Assembly: GCF_009711095.1 (NCBI RefSeq)
Contig: NZ_WMJZ01000019.1
Location: 36,899-100,898, forward strand
Direction: 5' to 3'
From: Intestinirhabdus alba
GTDB lineage: Bacteria; Pseudomonadota; Gammaproteobacteria; Enterobacterales; Enterobacteriaceae
Length of the DNA: 64,000 nt
The notes under the pieces are model-generated. The model had not been told where the DNA came from and searched no databases. It worked only from the letters and a program-made list of their open reading frames with translations. Below, piece by piece: positions 29,396-39,403 of this stretch (the first letter of the stretch is position 1; each line of letters opens with the position of its first letter). The position numbers and the translations under genes are program-made.

Positions 29396-29904
29396 TACGC
29401 TTCACCTCGCTTGCCCGTATGCAGGCACGATGACCGGGGTTCACCCTTCTGGCGCGGGCAGGCCGGATCGAGGCATAAATTGCAGCTCACGATGGCGGTC
29501 TCCTGCGGCGCGTCGACGGCAGGTGCTTCCACGCCGACCCCGGTTTCAGGCGCTTCTGCTACCGGCGCGTCCACGCCGATTCCGGGTTCAGGTGCGGCGA
29601 GAGGGGCCGGCGCAGGCGCGGCTTCAGGTTCTGAAGGCACGCTGCGGGACAGTATCCCCTCGCCGGGCCTGGCGATAACCTTTTGCGCCACCAGGCCGTT
29701 CTGCTGGCTGGCGAAGCTGGCACCGGTCACGATGGCCGACTGAACCGAAGCCACGTCACCGGTAATTTTGATGACCGTCCAGCCTGAACCATTGGTCTTT
29801 TCAAGGCCAACCAGCGTGATGGAAGCGGCTTTGGCCATGGCATCCGCGCAAATAATGGCTAATGCCAGACCTTTCACCTCAAGTAATCCCAGTGATTGCT
29901 TCAC
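29395..29904 (-). CDS. pduK: BMC shell protein PduK
   Basis: 169 aa. BMC domain plus an Ala/Pro-rich linker and a C-terminal Cys cluster (CNLCLDPACP). Confidence 0.85.
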   Translation of the reverse strand: MKQSLGLLEVKGLALAIICADAMAKAASITLVGLEKTNGSGWTVIKITGDVASVQSAIVTGASFASQQNGLVAQKVIARPGEGILSRSVPSEPEAAPAPAPLAAPEPGIGVDAPVAEAPETGVGVEAPAVDAPQETAIVSCNLCLDPACPRQKGEPRSSCLHTGKRGEA

Positions 29905-29928
29905 GCTGTGCTCCTTATCCGCTGCGGC

Positions 29929-30204
29929 TTAGGCTGACTTCGGTAAAATGGCCTCGACGTCGCTGTGCGGACGCGGGATCACGTGGCAGGAGGCCACTTC
30001 GCCGACGGCGCGCGCCGCTGCGCTGCCCGCGTCAACCGCCGCCTTCACCGCGCCGACGTCGCCGCGAACCATGACGGTCACCAGGCCGGAGCCGATTTTT
30101 TCATAGCCGACCAGCTGCACGTTGGCGGACTTCACCATGGCGTCTGCGGCTTCGATAGCGCCGACCAACCCTTTTGTTTCAACCAGTCCCAGTGCGTTGT
30201 TCAT
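29929..30204 (-). CDS. pduJ: BMC-H shell protein
   Basis: 91 aa, canonical BMC hexamer ([23 protein letters not shown]). Confidence 0.92.
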   Translation of the reverse strand: MNNALGLVETKGLVGAIEAADAMVKSANVQLVGYEKIGSGLVTVMVRGDVGAVKAAVDAGSAAARAVGEVASCHVIPRPHSDVEAILPKSA

Positions 30205-30229
30205 ACTGCTGTTCTCCTGTGGATTAAAC

Positions 30230-30580
30230 TTAAAGGTCCCGGAAGGGGATACCTTTGACTAACCTTGCCGCGTTGTTACCAGCACTTCGCAGGGCAGGGT
30301 AATTCTGTTGATGCGTCAGCGTAAAAAGCGGCGCTGAAGCAGGTAAATTTTTGTAGTGCACCACCAGCCTTTCGCTGTCGCAGGCGATGCCGACCAGCAG
30401 CGGCGAGCGGTTTGCCGCCTGCCATGCGCTGTCGACGATCTCTCCTGAAGGCTGGTTCTGAATAATGAAGGGGATGCCTTCCTCCTCAATGCCGAGCAGC
30501 ACTTCCCGCCAGCGGGCGACGCAGTCGCCGATAGCGGTGATGGCGATGGCGGGGAGGTTCTGCTTAGCGGTCATGGGCAA
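30230..30580 (-). CDS. pduH: diol dehydratase reactivase small subunit
   Basis: 116 aa. Confidence 0.85.
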   Translation of the reverse strand: MPMTAKQNLPAIAITAIGDCVARWREVLLGIEEEGIPFIIQNQPSGEIVDSAWQAANRSPLLVGIACDSERLVVHYKNLPASAPLFTLTHQQNYPALRSAGNNAARLVKGIPFRDL

Positions 30581-32396
30581 ACTCCTTCAGCCAGGAGAGG
30601 ATCAGCCCGGTAGCGACGGCGTTGCGTGGCCCTTCGCTGCCGCGGATATTGCCGCGCCCGGCCACCAGCCGGTAGTGCGCCAGCGCGTCGGTCACCAGCT
30701 GCGGCACCTCGAAGTCCAGGGAGGAGCCGCCCACCAGCACCACGAACGGAATATCGCGGATGTTGCCGGTCGGGCTGACCTGGCGCAGCGCCCGCAGCGC
30801 GTTGGTGACGAACACCCGCTCTTTGGCGCTGCGGCGAACGGCGCGAACTTTTTCCAGCGGCAGATCGCCGGGCAGGGGCACCAGCTCGTCGGGTTTCACC
30901 ACGCAGACGCGGGCGAAAACCGCAGGCGGCAGCGGCTCGGGGAAAAATTGGACGCTGCCGTCCTCGTGGCGCAGATGAAACAGGCTCTCCACCTTGGCAA
31001 GCGGATATTTTTTGATCTCCTCCGCCAGGTAACGATCCTCAAGCCCCAGCTCCCGGGAGATGATCATGGTGACCATGTCCCCCGCGCCCGCCAGGTGGGT
31101 GGCGATGATCTCCCCCTGCGGATTGATGATCGAGGCGTCGGTGGAGCCGGCCCCCAGATCGAGGATCGCCAGCGGGCGCGTGGTGCCCGGCGTGGTCAGC
31201 GCGCCGAGAATCGCCGCTTCGGCTTCCGCGCCGCCTATCTGCACTTCTACGTGAAGTTTTTGCTTAATTTCACCGGCGATGGCCGCCATCTGCAGGCGAT
31301 CGGATTTGACCATCGAGGCGATGCCCACCGCCTGCTCCAGCGAAAACTCGCCGGCCAGCCCGCCGGTGACGCTCACCGGAACGGAGGTATCGACGGCCAG
31401 CAGATCCTGAATGAAAATCTCGCCGCTGGGCTTGTTGGTCAGCTCGGCCATAGTCTGGCGTACGTGCTCCAGCATACCGCCGATATTGGTGCCCGCTTCG
31501 CCGGTCACGTTGTCAATTTTCGGGCATTCGCTCACCTTCTTCATGATGGCCGTCGCGCCGGCGGCGACGTCCACGCGCAGGGTGCGCCCCTGTGAGAGCA
31601 GCTCAATGTTCCCGGCGGGGATCGCCCGCGCTTTTACGTCGCCCGTGGGCGTTTTTACCACCACGGCGGAGCGGTTGCCGATCAGCGCGCGCGCCATCGG
31701 CACGATGTTTTTGGTTTCGTCGGCGCTGAGGTTAAAGACGGTGGCGATGCCGTAAGGATTGGAGAGGGTTTCAATGACTTTGCCGGGCACGGCGACCTCA
31801 ATGGCGGCCAGCATACCCAGCGGAATGCGTTCAATGTAGCGAACCTCGTCAACGATGGGCAGCGGCTTTTCCAGCCGGTTGCTCACCAGCACGCCGTCGT
31901 CCTGCTGCAGGATCGCGCCGGTCAGCTGATAGCCGGCGCGAACCGAGGCGTTGATCATGGTGGCAACGTCGGCAAAATCAAACGCCGATGAGACCACCAG
32001 AATATAGGGCGTATCCGCCGGACGGGTGAGCAGCTCCTCCGGCGTAATCGTCATGCCGACGCCCAGACCGACCCCGCCCGGGGTTTTCGGGTTGTGGCCG
32101 ATCATGGTTGACTCGGTGATGATGGTTTCGGTAATGGTTTCCATCGCGACGTCGCCAATCACCGGCGTGGCTTCGTTGATGCGGATAAGCGAAATATCGC
32201 TGACGTTGATGCCCGCGTTTTTGGCCGCCTGGGCCAGCGCCTCCTGAATGCCGAACACGTTACGCAACGTGCCCTTAATTCCGGTGGTCTCCGCCAGCGC
32301 GCTGCCGATGATGTTCAGCGCGCCAGCCTCATCAAGCCGCGCCAGCGCGACCTCCGTGGATGAGTTGCCGATATCAATGCCAGCTATGTATTGCAT
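30564..32396 (-). CDS. pduG: diol dehydratase reactivase large subunit
   Basis: 610 aa, DhaF/PduG ATPase family. Confidence 0.92.
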   Translation of the reverse strand: MQYIAGIDIGNSSTEVALARLDEAGALNIIGSALAETTGIKGTLRNVFGIQEALAQAAKNAGINVSDISLIRINEATPVIGDVAMETITETIITESTMIGHNPKTPGGVGLGVGMTITPEELLTRPADTPYILVVSSAFDFADVATMINASVRAGYQLTGAILQQDDGVLVSNRLEKPLPIVDEVRYIERIPLGMLAAIEVAVPGKVIETLSNPYGIATVFNLSADETKNIVPMARALIGNRSAVVVKTPTGDVKARAIPAGNIELLSQGRTLRVDVAAGATAIMKKVSECPKIDNVTGEAGTNIGGMLEHVRQTMAELTNKPSGEIFIQDLLAVDTSVPVSVTGGLAGEFSLEQAVGIASMVKSDRLQMAAIAGEIKQKLHVEVQIGGAEAEAAILGALTTPGTTRPLAILDLGAGSTDASIINPQGEIIATHLAGAGDMVTMIISRELGLEDRYLAEEIKKYPLAKVESLFHLRHEDGSVQFFPEPLPPAVFARVCVVKPDELVPLPGDLPLEKVRAVRRSAKERVFVTNALRALRQVSPTGNIRDIPFVVLVGGSSLDFEVPQLVTDALAHYRLVAGRGNIRGSEGPRNAVATGLILSWLKEFAHDR

Positions 32397-32526
32397 ACCG
32401 AATCCTTTTCTCGTCGTACTTCACGCAGCCCCGGTCGGCTGCGCTTTTCACCCGGGGCGCAGGCTGTCGCCGGCGCGTCGGGAGCCATGCCTTCGCCGCC
32501 GTCAGGCGGCGTGAACGAGGTTGAGA

Positions 32527-33051
32527 TTAATCATCGCCCTTGAGCTTTTTGCGCCCGACGTAGAGCGTTGCCGCTTCACGCACGAAAGCCGCGCAAATTT
32601 TGGCCTGATAGCGATTTTCGAGATCGTCAGCGATGGCCATCAGCTCTTCTTTCGTTGAGCGGTAAGGGCGCAGGGCGTTGTAAATCTCCAGAATGCGATC
32701 GTCGGGCACGGCGGTCAGCTCCGCCGCGCGCTCAAAGTTCATCGCCAGGCGGTCGCGCCCCGCATCCCGGGCAATGGCCGCCTGGATACGCAGGGTTTCC
32801 GGGGTGATGCGCATATCCTGCGCCGTCACCTTGTCGCTGAGGACGTTTTCCAGAGTGAACTCGTCGAGCGTCTTGTTGGTCGCCGTTTTTACCCACTCCG
32901 GATGTTTGTTCGCCAGCGGATAATCGGTGACTTTTGCGCTGTGGGGCGTGGCAACGGCCGCAGAGGAGGCCGGGGCAGGGGCGTCGCCCTGCAGGCTGTT
33001 CATGCGGCTTAACACGTCCCGAACCATCGATTCAATTGCATCGGTATTCAT
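32527..33051 (-). CDS. pduE: propanediol dehydratase small (gamma) subunit
   Basis: 174 aa. Confidence 0.92.
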   Translation of the reverse strand: MNTDAIESMVRDVLSRMNSLQGDAPAPASSAAVATPHSAKVTDYPLANKHPEWVKTATNKTLDEFTLENVLSDKVTAQDMRITPETLRIQAAIARDAGRDRLAMNFERAAELTAVPDDRILEIYNALRPYRSTKEELMAIADDLENRYQAKICAAFVREAATLYVGRKKLKGDD

Positions 33052-33065
33052 GAAGGTATCCTTTA

Positions 33066-33737
33066 TTAAAGCGCCACGCGCAGTTCCTGCGGATTTTTAC
33101 CGGTCACCACGTACTTCGTCTCTTTGATGTGCAGAATGGCGGATTTAGCCTGATATTTCGGGCGCGCCATCTGATCGTTTAAGGTCGGTACGGGCTGCGG
33201 TGATTCACGCTTCGCATAGCGGGCGGCGTTTTTGCCGATCTGGCGATAGGTCTCAAGGGTCAGCAGCGGTGCCTGCGGGAACAGCTCCAGGTTTGACAGC
33301 GGCGGCAGCCCCTGCTGGTGGATCACCGTAGTGCCTTTCGACTGGATGCCGATGGCGATGCCGGAGCCGCTCAGGCGGTTGCCCTCAACGGCGACGAAGG
33401 CCACGTCGGAGGATTTAAAGCAGCGGATCACCCGCGCCTTCACGCCCTCTTCTTCAATGCCGGCGATCACTTCGCGCAGAATGCTCTTGTGCGGCAGACC
33501 GACGATGTTGGTGGTCTGCGACAGGCCGAACGCCGGGCCGACGGCGATAATCACCTCGTCCTGCTGGGTGCCCGGTTTAGCCTCGCCGACTTCGGTCAGA
33601 AAGCTTTCGCCCTGAGGGGCGGCAGTGGCCGCGCTGGCGGTGCCCGGCGCGCGGAAGGAGACCGGCTTGTCGCTGGGCTGCATTTCAGCCAGCACCTCTT
33701 CAATTATCTGGCGCAGCAGTTTTTCATTAATTTCCAT
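33066..33737 (-). CDS. pduD: propanediol dehydratase medium (beta) subunit
   Basis: 223 aa. Confidence 0.92.
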   Translation of the reverse strand: MEINEKLLRQIIEEVLAEMQPSDKPVSFRAPGTASAATAAPQGESFLTEVGEAKPGTQQDEVIIAVGPAFGLSQTTNIVGLPHKSILREVIAGIEEEGVKARVIRCFKSSDVAFVAVEGNRLSGSGIAIGIQSKGTTVIHQQGLPPLSNLELFPQAPLLTLETYRQIGKNAARYAKRESPQPVPTLNDQMARPKYQAKSAILHIKETKYVVTGKNPQELRVAL

Positions 33738-33747
33738 TTTTCACCCC

Positions 33748-35412
33748 TTAGCCAAGTTCGTTGGGATCGAGTGCGCCAGGGATGTTTTTCACCTCTTCCC
33801 AGCGTTCACCTTGCAGGCGATAACCTGTTGCCGGACCGGCATAATCGTTAACGTCGTTTACGGCGGAAAGCACCTGCCCATGGCCTACGATAATGGCGGA
33901 GGTGTGCAGATAATCCCCGGTCAGCTTGGCCTTCTGGATGTTGAGCATGTCCTGGGCAACGTCGGTAAATCCGCCCTTGGCCAGCGCTTTTACCACCTCC
34001 AGACCGTTACGGTTCTGGTTGATGATCTCCTGGGCAAACTTAAGGTCCTCGACGATGTTACGCTCCGGCATATCCTTCGACCCGTGGGCGTAGGTCGCGG
34101 CTTCTACCTCTTCGTCGGTGATCGGCGGCAGCCCCATTCCGGCGAACACGGCCTGCAGGGCGCGCGCCGCCTTGTTGCGAATGGCGATAACGTCCTCTTC
34201 GCGCACCGGACGCAGACCGCCGTCCACCTTCAGATCGCGCTGGAGAATGTTGTAGTCGTCAAAGTCCTCGGCGTCTTCGTTAGAGCCGGCGAACATGTTG
34301 TCGTAGTTCGGCACGGCGGAGTAGCCGGAGGAGATGAAGTCGGTGCCCGGCAGGAACTGCATCAGCAGGCGCGCGGTGCGGCGCATATCCGAGTGGGTGA
34401 AGGTCTGGTCGTTACTGGAGGCGCACTCCAGATCCAGCGCTGAGCAGATCAGGTTTTCCGCCAGTACGGCACGGATACCGGAGGGCACGGCGGACGGAAT
34501 GCCGATGCAGCTGACGGAGCCGTTCTGCAGCCCCTGGACGCCGGCGGCTTTGGTGATGTAAATGCAGCGCGCTTCCAGATAGAGCATCGATTTGCCTTCG
34601 GCGTAGCCCATCTGCACCTCGGAGCCGGAGCCGGAGGTAAAGCGCATTTTCAGCCCGCGGGAGGCGTAGGAGGAGGCGAGGAAGCCCTTCGACCACGGGG
34701 TATCGTCACCGTCGGTAAACACCGGCTCGGTGCCGTAGACAGAGATGGTTTCGGCGTAGCAGGTGTGGCCCAACATGCCGAGCTTCAGCTCGGTGGCCTC
34801 TTCCAGCGAGCACTGGGTGAGCACGCCCGGGCGGCCTACCTGGGAGCCGACCAGCAGGGCGATGGCGTTGAACGGGGCGTAGCGCGCCACGGCGACCGTC
34901 GTCTCCTGCTCGTCAAATCCGCGCCATGCGCCCTCGGCGGCGTCGGCGGCAATCTGCACCGGGTTATCTTTAACGTTAGTGACGTGGGCCTGCTGGGAGG
35001 GCGTACGGCGGGCGCGCATTTTCTGCATCGCCATCATCATCTCAACCACGTTCATGTGCGACACTACTTCGACGATTTTCGCCGGGGTCATGGCGGTGGT
35101 CAGCGGCACGATGTCGCTGCGCCTGACGTTAGGATCGCACAGCATGTTGGCCAGCTTAACCGAATCCATCGCCATCACTTCTTCCGTACGCGCCAGGTTG
35201 ATGCCGTAGCGGGCGATAAAGTGGTCGATAAGGTCAAACTCGTTCACCGGTTTGCCGTCAAGCTCGGTGACCGCGCCGTTGACGATTTTAATCGACGGCT
35301 TCGGATCCTGAGGGCTTTCCATCGCAATGAAGCCCTCTTCGATCCACTCTTTGACGAAGCCGTCCTGATTCACAGGGCGTTTCGCCAGTGCTTCAAATCT
35401 TTTCGATCTCAT
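33748..35412 (-). CDS. pduC: propanediol dehydratase large (alpha) subunit, B12-dependent
   Basis: 554 aa (MRSKRFEALAKRPVNQDGFVKEW...). Confidence 0.95.
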   Translation of the reverse strand: MRSKRFEALAKRPVNQDGFVKEWIEEGFIAMESPQDPKPSIKIVNGAVTELDGKPVNEFDLIDHFIARYGINLARTEEVMAMDSVKLANMLCDPNVRRSDIVPLTTAMTPAKIVEVVSHMNVVEMMMAMQKMRARRTPSQQAHVTNVKDNPVQIAADAAEGAWRGFDEQETTVAVARYAPFNAIALLVGSQVGRPGVLTQCSLEEATELKLGMLGHTCYAETISVYGTEPVFTDGDDTPWSKGFLASSYASRGLKMRFTSGSGSEVQMGYAEGKSMLYLEARCIYITKAAGVQGLQNGSVSCIGIPSAVPSGIRAVLAENLICSALDLECASSNDQTFTHSDMRRTARLLMQFLPGTDFISSGYSAVPNYDNMFAGSNEDAEDFDDYNILQRDLKVDGGLRPVREEDVIAIRNKAARALQAVFAGMGLPPITDEEVEAATYAHGSKDMPERNIVEDLKFAQEIINQNRNGLEVVKALAKGGFTDVAQDMLNIQKAKLTGDYLHTSAIIVGHGQVLSAVNDVNDYAGPATGYRLQGERWEEVKNIPGALDPNELG

Positions 35413-35430
35413 GAATCAGCCTCGCGGGTG

Positions 35431-36243
35431 TCAGATGTAGGACGGGCGATCGTTTTTCGGCTCTGCGCCGAGGGTCGCCAGCACGGTTTTGCCAATTTCC
35501 CTCGCTGACGTTACCGCCTGACGCACCGCGCCGGAGTCGCCAGAGATAATCAGGATGGCTTCGTTGCTGAAGCTGGTGCCGCTCGCCGGGGAGCTGTAGG
35601 CCACCACCTCAACGTTGGCGGATTTCAGGGCGGTATCGGCCATCAGCACGCCGACCGCGGCCGGCGCGCCGACGATCACCCCGCAGGCCCGGCCAACGGG
35701 CGCGCCAAAGGCTTTTTCCAGCGCATAGCTGGCGCGGGCGGTGTACTGCAGCTCGATGTGCCCGGCCTCGTTGGCGTAGACGTCGCCGAAGGTGCGGTCC
35801 AGCTCTTTCAGCGCCACTTCGATGCCGCGCTTAACGTCGGAAACGTCGTTGCCGCCTAAAATAATCAGCGAGCCGTGGCCGGCACCGCCCTTGGTGTCGC
35901 GGGGAAGCTCAATGCTCACCACTTCGGTGTTGGTCGCTTTTACCGCTTCGTCTGCGGCCATAATGTGCGGGCCTGCCCCGGTACGCGCGCCAAGAATGCC
36001 GATAGAGCGATAGCGTTTTTCCAGCTTCATCGCGTCCAGTAAGGCGCTGTCCACGTTGGCGATAACCAGACCGACGGTGTCGCCGATGGCGGTGCCAACA
36101 AATTCCGTTAAACTGCAGCTCTTTTCTGCCATAGCCGTCTCTCGTTGTGGGTGGGGGGTATCAGGGAGTGCCGACGGTTCCGGCGTCGACACGCGCGCGA
36201 TTACCTGCGCCATGATCTGATCCACCAGTTCATTGCTGCTCAT
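35431..36243 (-). CDS. pduB: BMC shell protein PduB (tandem permuted BMC domains)
   Basis: 270 aa. An internal in-frame ATG at 36132 ([13 protein letters not shown]) would give the shorter PduB' isoform. Confidence 0.92.
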   Translation of the reverse strand: MSSNELVDQIMAQVIARVSTPEPSALPDTPHPQRETAMAEKSCSLTEFVGTAIGDTVGLVIANVDSALLDAMKLEKRYRSIGILGARTGAGPHIMAADEAVKATNTEVVSIELPRDTKGGAGHGSLIILGGNDVSDVKRGIEVALKELDRTFGDVYANEAGHIELQYTARASYALEKAFGAPVGRACGVIVGAPAAVGVLMADTALKSANVEVVAYSSPASGTSFSNEAILIISGDSGAVRQAVTSAREIGKTVLATLGAEPKNDRPSYI

Positions 36244-36524
36244 TGGTCAATTCCCTTGGGTAAGATTTTTTCTACATCGGTATGCGGGCGCGGAATGACG
36301 TGTACGGCTTTCACGTCGCCCACGTGGCGCGCGGCGGCCGCGCCGGCGTCCGTCGCCGCTTTTACCGCGCCTACGTCGCCGCGGACGATTACCGTCACCA
36401 GCCCGGAGCCAATTTTTTCGTAGCCGACCAGCATCACATTGGCCGACTTCACCATTGCGTCTGCGGCCTCTATGGCCGCAGTCAAGCCTTTGGTTTCTAC
36501 CATTCCTAATGCTTCTTGTTGCAT
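36240..36524 (-). CDS. pduA: BMC-H shell protein
   Basis: 94 aa. First gene of the pdu operon. Confidence 0.93.
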   Translation of the reverse strand: MQQEALGMVETKGLTAAIEAADAMVKSANVMLVGYEKIGSGLVTVIVRGDVGAVKAATDAGAAAARHVGDVKAVHVIPRPHTDVEKILPKGIDQ

Positions 36525-37046
36525 ACAGACCTCGCCTGGGTTTATCCGATAGTCCCGACTATAAAAAGAAGCGAGGAAAAAGAATGGCTGAGTTAAAAAT
36601 GAGGTGAAAAAAATAGTGGGGATTGAATGCGATAAAATTGTTTTTTGTTATTATATCTCGCTGTTTTTAAAGACTAATTTTTTAGTTATCGATGTGATAA
36701 TTTAGCTATTGCCACTCCATATTTACACTTTTAGGGGTGACAAAAAATATTTCATTTGTTATATGGGCGGCGCAAATGTGACGCTGCCTGAAAAACAGAA
36801 ATCTCGCCTGAGCAATATTTTATTATTTTAAAAAGTGGCTTGTAATAGCCAGAATACCTGTTGCAGAGCGCTCGCGAAATAATGGCAGAGCAAGAATTTG
36901 CTATTGCAGCACGATTTTGCGAAGCCGGCGCTTTGCAGATTGCCAACAATTTTCTGGCGGCAGTTTTTATAGTGGCGTTCGTTGTACTCTACCGCCAGCA
37001 GGGAATTCGCTGGTAAGACACGAACTCTTCTAATTAAGGTGTCACC
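36525..37046. promoter_or_regulatory. divergent pduA / pduF control region
   Basis: 522-bp AT-rich non-coding spacer between divergent pduA and pduF. Contains a TATAGT -10-like element near 36959 and the duplicated block 36809-36926 (see findings). Confidence 0.6.
36809..36926 (+). promoter_or_regulatory. pduF-side copy of the duplicated pdu/cob control block (candidate PocR-dependent promoter element)
   Basis: Shares two sub-motifs with 39294-39403, with identical 74-nt spacing: TGAGCAATATTTTrtTATT and TGGCAGAGCAAkAATTTGyTAT...CGAAGCC. Confidence 0.45.
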
Positions 37047-37856
37047 ATGAATGATTCACTAAAAGCGCAGTGCGTTGCCGAGTTTCTGGGCACCGGGCTG
37101 TTTCTGTTCTTTGGTATCGGCTGTCTGAGCGCGCTCAAGGTGGCGGGAGCCAGTCTTGGACTATGGGAAATCTGTATTATCTGGGGGCTGGGGATCTCGC
37201 TGGCGGTGTACCTGACTTCCGGTATCTCCGGCGCGCACCTTAACCCGGCGGTCACCATCGCCCTGTGGCTGTTTGCCTGCTTTCCCGGGCGCAAGGTCGT
37301 TCCTTATGCCGTCGCGCAGGTCGCCGGGGCGTTCGGCGGCGCGGCGCTGGGATACCTGCTGTACAGCAGCCTGTTTATCGAGTTTGAGACGACGAACTCA
37401 ATGGTGCGCGGCAGCGTTGAGAGCCTGCAGCTGGCCAGTATCTTCAGCACCTATCCGGCTGCGGCGCTGAGCGTCTGGAAGGCGGCGCTGGTCGAGATGG
37501 TGATTACCTCCATCCTGATGGGGCTGATTATGGCGCTGACCGACGACGGCAACGGCGTGCCGAAAGGGCCGCTGGCACCGCTGCTGATCGGCCTGCTGGT
37601 GGCGGTGATCGGTGCCTCCACCGGTCCGCTGACCGGATTCGCCATGAACCCGGCGCGCGACTTTGGTCCGAAAATGTTCACCTGGCTGGCGGGGTGGGGA
37701 GATATCGCCATGACCGGCGGTCGCGACATCCCCTATTTTGTCGTGCCAATTATTGCGCCGATCGTCGGGGCCTGCATCGGGGCGGCAATCTACCGCTTCT
37801 GCATCGGTAAAAATTTACCCTGTAACAGCTGTAAGGCCACAGAAACGGATGCGTGA
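37047..37856 (+). CDS. pduF: propanediol diffusion facilitator (MIP/aquaglyceroporin family)
   Basis: 269 aa with two NPA boxes (HLNPAVT, AMNPARD) and 6 TM helices. Confidence 0.9.
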   Translation: MNDSLKAQCVAEFLGTGLFLFFGIGCLSALKVAGASLGLWEICIIWGLGISLAVYLTSGISGAHLNPAVTIALWLFACFPGRKVVPYAVAQVAGAFGGAALGYLLYSSLFIEFETTNSMVRGSVESLQLASIFSTYPAAALSVWKAALVEMVITSILMGLIMALTDDGNGVPKGPLAPLLIGLLVAVIGASTGPLTGFAMNPARDFGPKMFTWLAGWGDIAMTGGRDIPYFVVPIIAPIVGACIGAAIYRFCIGKNLPCNSCKATETDA

Positions 37857-37925
37857 TCGCACGGCGTGTCGGCAATATCACACTCTCTGATTTTAATTCG
37901 TGATCTGCCGTCATGAACCGAAGAA

Positions 37926-37962
37926 AAGGTCTCCCCAGGGGGGGAGACTTTTGTTATTGTCT
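37926..37962 (+). terminator. rho-independent terminator after pduF
   Basis: Hairpin ggtctcccc-aggg-ggggagact followed by TTTTGTTATTGTCTTTT. Confidence 0.7.
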
Positions 37963-38381
37963 TTTATACCCTTCATACTTCAAGTTGCATGGGTGTTGGC
38001 TGCACTCGCTCACCCCAGTCACATAGTTATCTATGCTGCTGGGGATTCGTTCCCTTGCCGCCTACAAGCAACTCGAATTATTTTGGGTATATATCCGCCG
38101 GGTTTCGGGCCGCACGGGCGCTGGCTAAAGGAGATATCCAGCTTCTCTTCCGGCCTCTTTCCTGCAGGCCAGTCGGGGCGCGTTTCATGGATGAGACGAG
38201 TAACCAGAAGCCAACGCACACGCAGCCTGAAGTATAACGGGTATAAAACGTGTTGCGTTTGATCATGCCGCCCCAATTAGCCGGGGTATATACTTACCGT
38301 TCGCCGGTAAACAGGCATGGTGGGAAATATGTGAAGAAGTTGTATTTAATTATAACAATGGATTAACTGAGGGATTTTATC

Positions 38382-39293
38382 ATGATTTCTGCGAGCACCC
38401 TGAACTCAGAACTCATTAATAAAATCGCACAGGATTTTGCGCAAGCCACCAGCCTGGCGGTTGTGGTTGTCAATATTCATGGTGATGAAATTTCCGAATT
38501 ATTTAATTTCACCCCGTTTTGCCAGCTGATGCGCCAGCATCCTCAGCTCAGCAGCCGCTGCCGTATGAGCGATCGCTGCGGCGGGCTGGAGGCGTCAAAA
38601 TCAGATGGGCCGTGTATCTACCGCTGTCACGCCGGGCTGACCGACTTCTCTATTCCGCTGGTTATTGCCGGCCATCTGGTGGGCTTTGTGCTGTGCGGCC
38701 AGGTGCGGCTCTCCAATGACGTCGGGCTGGTTGATATTCTGAACGTCGACGACCGCTGGCAGTCCGATCCGCAGCTGTTAAACGAGTTCCGTAACGTGCC
38801 GGAAATGGACTACTCGCGGGTGATGGCCTCGGCGGATCTGCTGAAGCTGATCGTCGAGAACTGCCTGAAAAAGCAGCTTAACTTCGTGGTGATTAAAGAC
38901 ACGCCGCAGCAGGCGGAGCCGGCGCGTGCGAGTCGCGGCGTCAATCCCCATGACAGCAAAATGAAGAAGGCGCTGCGCTATATTGACGCCCACCTTTCGG
39001 ACGATCTGCGTCTGGAGGACGTCGCCTCCCACGTCTATCTCAGCCCCTACTACTTCAGCAAGCTGTTTAAAAAATATCAGGGTATTGGCTTTAACGCCTG
39101 GGTTAACCGGCAGCGCATGGCCAGCGCCCGCGAGCTGCTGTGTCACAGCGACTGGAGCATCGCCAGCATTGCGCGTAATTTAGGCTTTTCCCAGACCAGC
39201 TATTTTTGCAAAGTTTTTCGCCAGACCTATCAGGTGACGCCGCAGGCTTATCGACAGCAAAATAGTAATAACGCCTCCGCTGAAACGGCGTAA
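38382..39293 (+). CDS. pocR: AraC-family transcriptional activator of the pdu/cob regulon
   Basis: 303 aa with a C-terminal AraC HTH (..LEDVASHVYLSPYYFSKLFKKYQGIGFNAWVNRQRMASARELL). Position between pduF and cbiA. Confidence 0.9.
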   Translation: MISASTLNSELINKIAQDFAQATSLAVVVVNIHGDEISELFNFTPFCQLMRQHPQLSSRCRMSDRCGGLEASKSDGPCIYRCHAGLTDFSIPLVIAGHLVGFVLCGQVRLSNDVGLVDILNVDDRWQSDPQLLNEFRNVPEMDYSRVMASADLLKLIVENCLKKQLNFVVIKDTPQQAEPARASRGVNPHDSKMKKALRYIDAHLSDDLRLEDVASHVYLSPYYFSKLFKKYQGIGFNAWVNRQRMASARELLCHSDWSIASIARNLGFSQTSYFCKVFRQTYQVTPQAYRQQNSNNASAETA

Positions 39294-39403
39294 TGAGCAA
39301 TATTTTGCTATTGGCTTGCGGCTCGGACGATACCTGTATCCGAAGGCATACGGGAAGAAATAAGCCCTGGCAGAGCAATAATTTGTTATCGTACAACGAA
39401 GCC
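39294..39403 (+). promoter_or_regulatory. cob-leader copy of the duplicated pdu/cob control block (candidate PocR-dependent Pcob element)
   Basis: Same two sub-motifs and spacing as 36809-36926. Lies about 160 nt upstream of the riboswitch and overlaps the pocR stop codon. Confidence 0.45.

Noticed and set aside
38031-38080. Possible tRNA-like T-arm (GGGATTCGTTCCC) in the pduF-pocR spacer
   Set aside because: There is no matching acceptor or anticodon arms and no CCA context. This is probably chance.
37900-38262. 120-aa ORF in the pduF-pocR spacer
   Set aside because: It starts inside the pduF terminator hairpin. It has no SD, and its composition looks non-coding. The spacer is regulatory, holding the pocR promoters.
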